A DNA stretch of 64,000 nucleotides from Nitrospirota bacterium. Lineage in GTDB: Bacteria > Nitrospirota > UBA9217. This document shows, in pieces, positions 60,650 through 64,000 of this stretch (position 1 is the stretch's first letter; every line of letters begins with the position of its first letter). A program made the translations under genes and the position numbers. The DNA is taken from the NCBI GenBank assembly GCA_963790205.1, contig CAWBNQ010000011.1, positions 64,001 to 128,000 of the forward strand, in the 5' to 3' direction. The notes under the pieces were generated by a model. The model searched no databases, was not told the origin of the DNA, and saw only the letters and a program-made list of their open reading frames with translations.

Positions 60650-63600
60650 TTATGTTCTGACGATATAGGGCCGACGCCTCCTATTCCTGTATATTCTATG
60701 ACTTATACATATATAGGTAGACAGCAGGTTTCGTGTTCGGGAAATATTTTTTGTATTTATTTATACGCCGACAATACTACTCCTCCCGGATGTACTGATC
60801 CCGACTATGTAACGCAACCAACGCAAACATTTTCACCAAGTGCTGAATGTTCTGTGGATGATACGATAATTTGTGTCCTTCCCGGCTGGACAACGGCTTT
60901 TAATAAATATGGCGTTGCTTCTTGTGTTAATGGTGTTTGGTCTGCGTGTGTTCCTCCTCCTTATATTCCTCCTGTTACTGGTGTTTGTATACCCGGTCAG
61001 GTTGCTGGTTGTGATAATATTCCTACTGCTGACGCGAGTGCTTATGATAATTCTGACGCTGGCAACGCGTGTAATTTTTACGGTATCTCGGTTTGTAGTT
61101 ACGTTACCGGTTCCGGGGGTCAGTGGGGTCCGTGTCACTGTCCGCAGGATATTACTTATGGTTGTCCAGCCGGTGCAAAGATATCTTGTTTCCCTTATCT
61201 CAATTCTGACGGTACATATGATTTGAGTTTTAATCTTTCCGATGATACCGGTTGTCCTTCTGGGCCTTATAGTGACGCTTACGGTTCTGGTTCGATGCGT
61301 TGTGATAATAATCTATGGTCTAATTGCATGTGCGGTATCAATGAGTGCCAGCCACCTGAAACCTATACTGCGGATTCTATGTGTGTAGATGGTCCCTTGA
61401 TTCAGCAATGTGTAAATGGTGTATATACGGGAACGTGTAATGAAGTAGTTAGTTGTTCTTTATCTGACTGCGGCGACAGCTGTAATACCACATCCGTCGG
61501 TTCGTCGGCAAATCTTAAAAGTGGCAATCTTAACCATAATCAAGACGTAATTACAACGCCAAAGAGCTTGCCTTTTGCATTAACCTACAACAGCAACGAC
61601 TTTACTGCGGGAGCGTTTGGGCGCGGCTGGACACATACGTACAACCTGCTGGCAGTAGTATCAGGTTCGTCACTCATGCTTACAGACGGTAGCGGCAAGA
61701 AAATAAACTTCACTCTTTCCGGCAACTTATATTCCCCTGATGCGAGCAGCGGGGACACATCAACCATAGCCGTAAATGCCGACGGTACTTATACCCGTAC
61801 CCTGAAAGACGGGACCCTGCAAACATTCGCTGCTTCAGGCATCCTCACCTCAATCAAGGACCTGAATAACAACACAACAACGCTGTCCTACAGCGGCAAT
61901 AATCTGGTTGCTATAACCGATTCCACAGGACGAGCACTCAGTATTACCGCAGCAAGCGGCCAGATAACCTCAATCACTGATCCAGCGGGACAGACATACA
62001 GCTTTACTTATGCCGGCAATCTGCTGACGACAGTCTCTGATCCTTCGGGCAATGCTTGGAACTACACCTATGATACTAACGGCAGAATGCTTACCAAGAC
62101 AGACCCGGCAGGCTTCCAGACGACCTACGCCTACGATGCCAGTGGTATGCTTGCCAGTGCAACAGACACCAATGGACTGACAAAGACCCTGACCTATGAC
62201 AAAACCAACAGCGCAGCGCAGTTTGTAGAAAAAGACGGCGGGGTATGGAACCAGACGTATGATCCCGGTCTCAATCTGCCGCTGACAAAGACCGATCCGT
62301 TGGGCAATCACACCTCCTACACCTATGATAACAAGGGCGACATGCTCACCAAGACGGACCCGGATGCAAGCGTCACCACATACACCTATGACGCAAAGAG
62401 CAATGTTACTTCAATAACAGATGCCCTTGGCCGGGCCACGACCTACACATACAATAACTTCTCCGAAATCACGTCCATGCGCGACCCCCTGGGGAATACC
62501 ACCACGTATGCCTACGATGCCAATGGAAATCGTTTATCCACAACCGACCCCCTGGGAGCCGTCACCACATATCAGTACGACGCCAAGGGCAATGTGACGA
62601 ATATAACGGATGCATTGGGCAAGACAACGACTTTGGCTTACGATCAATACAATAACATCGATTTAATTACCGATCCAACGGGCTCTACGACCGGGTTCAC
62701 CTATGATATAAACGGCAACATGACAAGCCGGATCGACGCTAATGGCAATGCCACGACGTTTGTATACAACAACCTGAACCAGCTGACCCAGGTCACGGAC
62801 CCGAACGGCAATACGACCGCTTACACTTATGATAAGAACGGGAATAAGGCTTCCGTGACCGATGCCAACGGCAATACGACAGTCTATACATATACCTACA
62901 GAGGTCAGGTCGCTCAGACAAAAGATGCCTTGAATGCCATAACGAACTACACCTACGGCGCTACGGGCTGTCCAGCCTGCGGCGGCGGTGTGGACAAGCT
63001 GACTGCTCTCACGGACGCGAAGGGAAATACTACCCGCTATCAGTACGATACGCTCGGCAGGCTGATAAACGAAACGGACCCCCTGGGTAATGTGATATCG
63101 TATACTTATGATGTAAACGGCAGGCTTACAGCAAGGACCGACGCGAATGGAAACACCATCACCTACGCCTATGACGTCACCGGAAGGCTGCTCACCAAGA
63201 CCTATCCAGACGCCACAACAGTTTCCTTCACCTATGATGCCAACGGGAACATCCTCACTGCGGCCAACCTGAATACTTCCTACACTTTCAGTTATGACAC
63301 CGATGGCAGGGTTGCCACCGTCACGGATTCCAGCAACAAGACCGTGAGCTATACGTATAACCTTGTCGGAAACAGGACCCAACTGACTTATCCCGACGGC
63401 TCCACGCTCGCCTATACCTACGACACCGCAAACAGGCTCAGCACGATTGTAGACGGTACGGCAAAGACTTATACCTACAGCTACGACAGCCTCGGCAGAA
63501 AAACGAACCTCACCTACCCCAATAATGCCAATAACACATATAGTTACGATAATGACGGCAGGCTTACGGGGCTCACCAATAAACTGGGCTCCTACACCTA

Positions 63601-64000
63601 TCAATACGACAATATCATAAGTCGCACAACCGCCACTGATCCCAACGGGACGCATAATTACACCTATGACAAAGCGTACCAGCTTCTCACGGCAACCCAT
63701 ACCACCACGCCCACCGAGCAGTTCACTTATGACCTCCTTGGCAACAGGACCGGCACCACCGTCAATAGCGGCAACAGACTCCTTAATGACGGCACATATA
63801 CCTACACCTACGACAACAACGGAAACCAGATAACCAGGACCACCATAGCAACCGGAGACGTCAGGTCCTATACCTGGGACAGCGAAAACAGGCTCATAAG
63901 CGTAACTGGGAGCGGCCTGATCGCCCAGTACCAGTATGACCCCTTTGGAAGAAGAATCCAGAAAAACGTCAATAACGCCATAACAAACTATGTCTACGAC

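Larger units (their letters stand above)
58811..64000 (+). pseudogene. RHS/YD-repeat protein (signal peptide, Cys-rich N-terminus, RHS core) interrupted by IS1182; 3' end beyond window
   Basis: 58811-59048 joins in frame to 60654 onward after removing the IS and one TTAT; frame consistent to base 64000; FGRGWTHTY, many TDP.G.TT.Y.YD repeats, YDPFGRRI. Confidence 0.88.

Noticed and set aside
60873..61226. Very hydrophobic 117-aa ORF
   Set aside because: Off-frame product of T-ending codons in the RHS reading frame

Overview
Chromosomal window from a moderately high-GC Gram-negative bacterium. Gene content and order suggest Nitrospirota or a deltaproteobacterium-like lineage (inference only). 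It is mostly housekeeping: pyrK/pyrD, xerD, a tRNA nucleotidyltransferase, queA/queD, rib-nusB-pur genes, thrS-infC-rpmI-rplT, prfB, lnt and four tRNAs. Accessory content: a complete type I-C CRISPR-Cas locus (51 repeats, 50 spacers), a NikR-controlled ECF nickel transporter, an archaeal-type PheRS, two divergent Hfq-like genes (one with tandem Sm domains), and a large RHS/YD gene interrupted by an IS1182-family element that runs off the right end. The most notable unexplained structure: (1) a four-helix-bundle gene flanked by inverted 7-mer repeat arrays, with many gene-less 7-mer/9-mer hairpins in intergenic gaps; (2) a 57-aa relic of an older cas3 overlapping the start of the present cas3; (3) an identical 18-bp promoter motif upstream of both the CRISPR locus and the RHS gene; (4) an ECF ATPase fused to a His-rich CooJ-like domain; (5) several apparently leaderless genes. 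Four single-base frameshifts (pheT, a MotB-like gene, riboflavin synthase, thrS) look like sequencing errors. All analysis was by eye; no searches were run.
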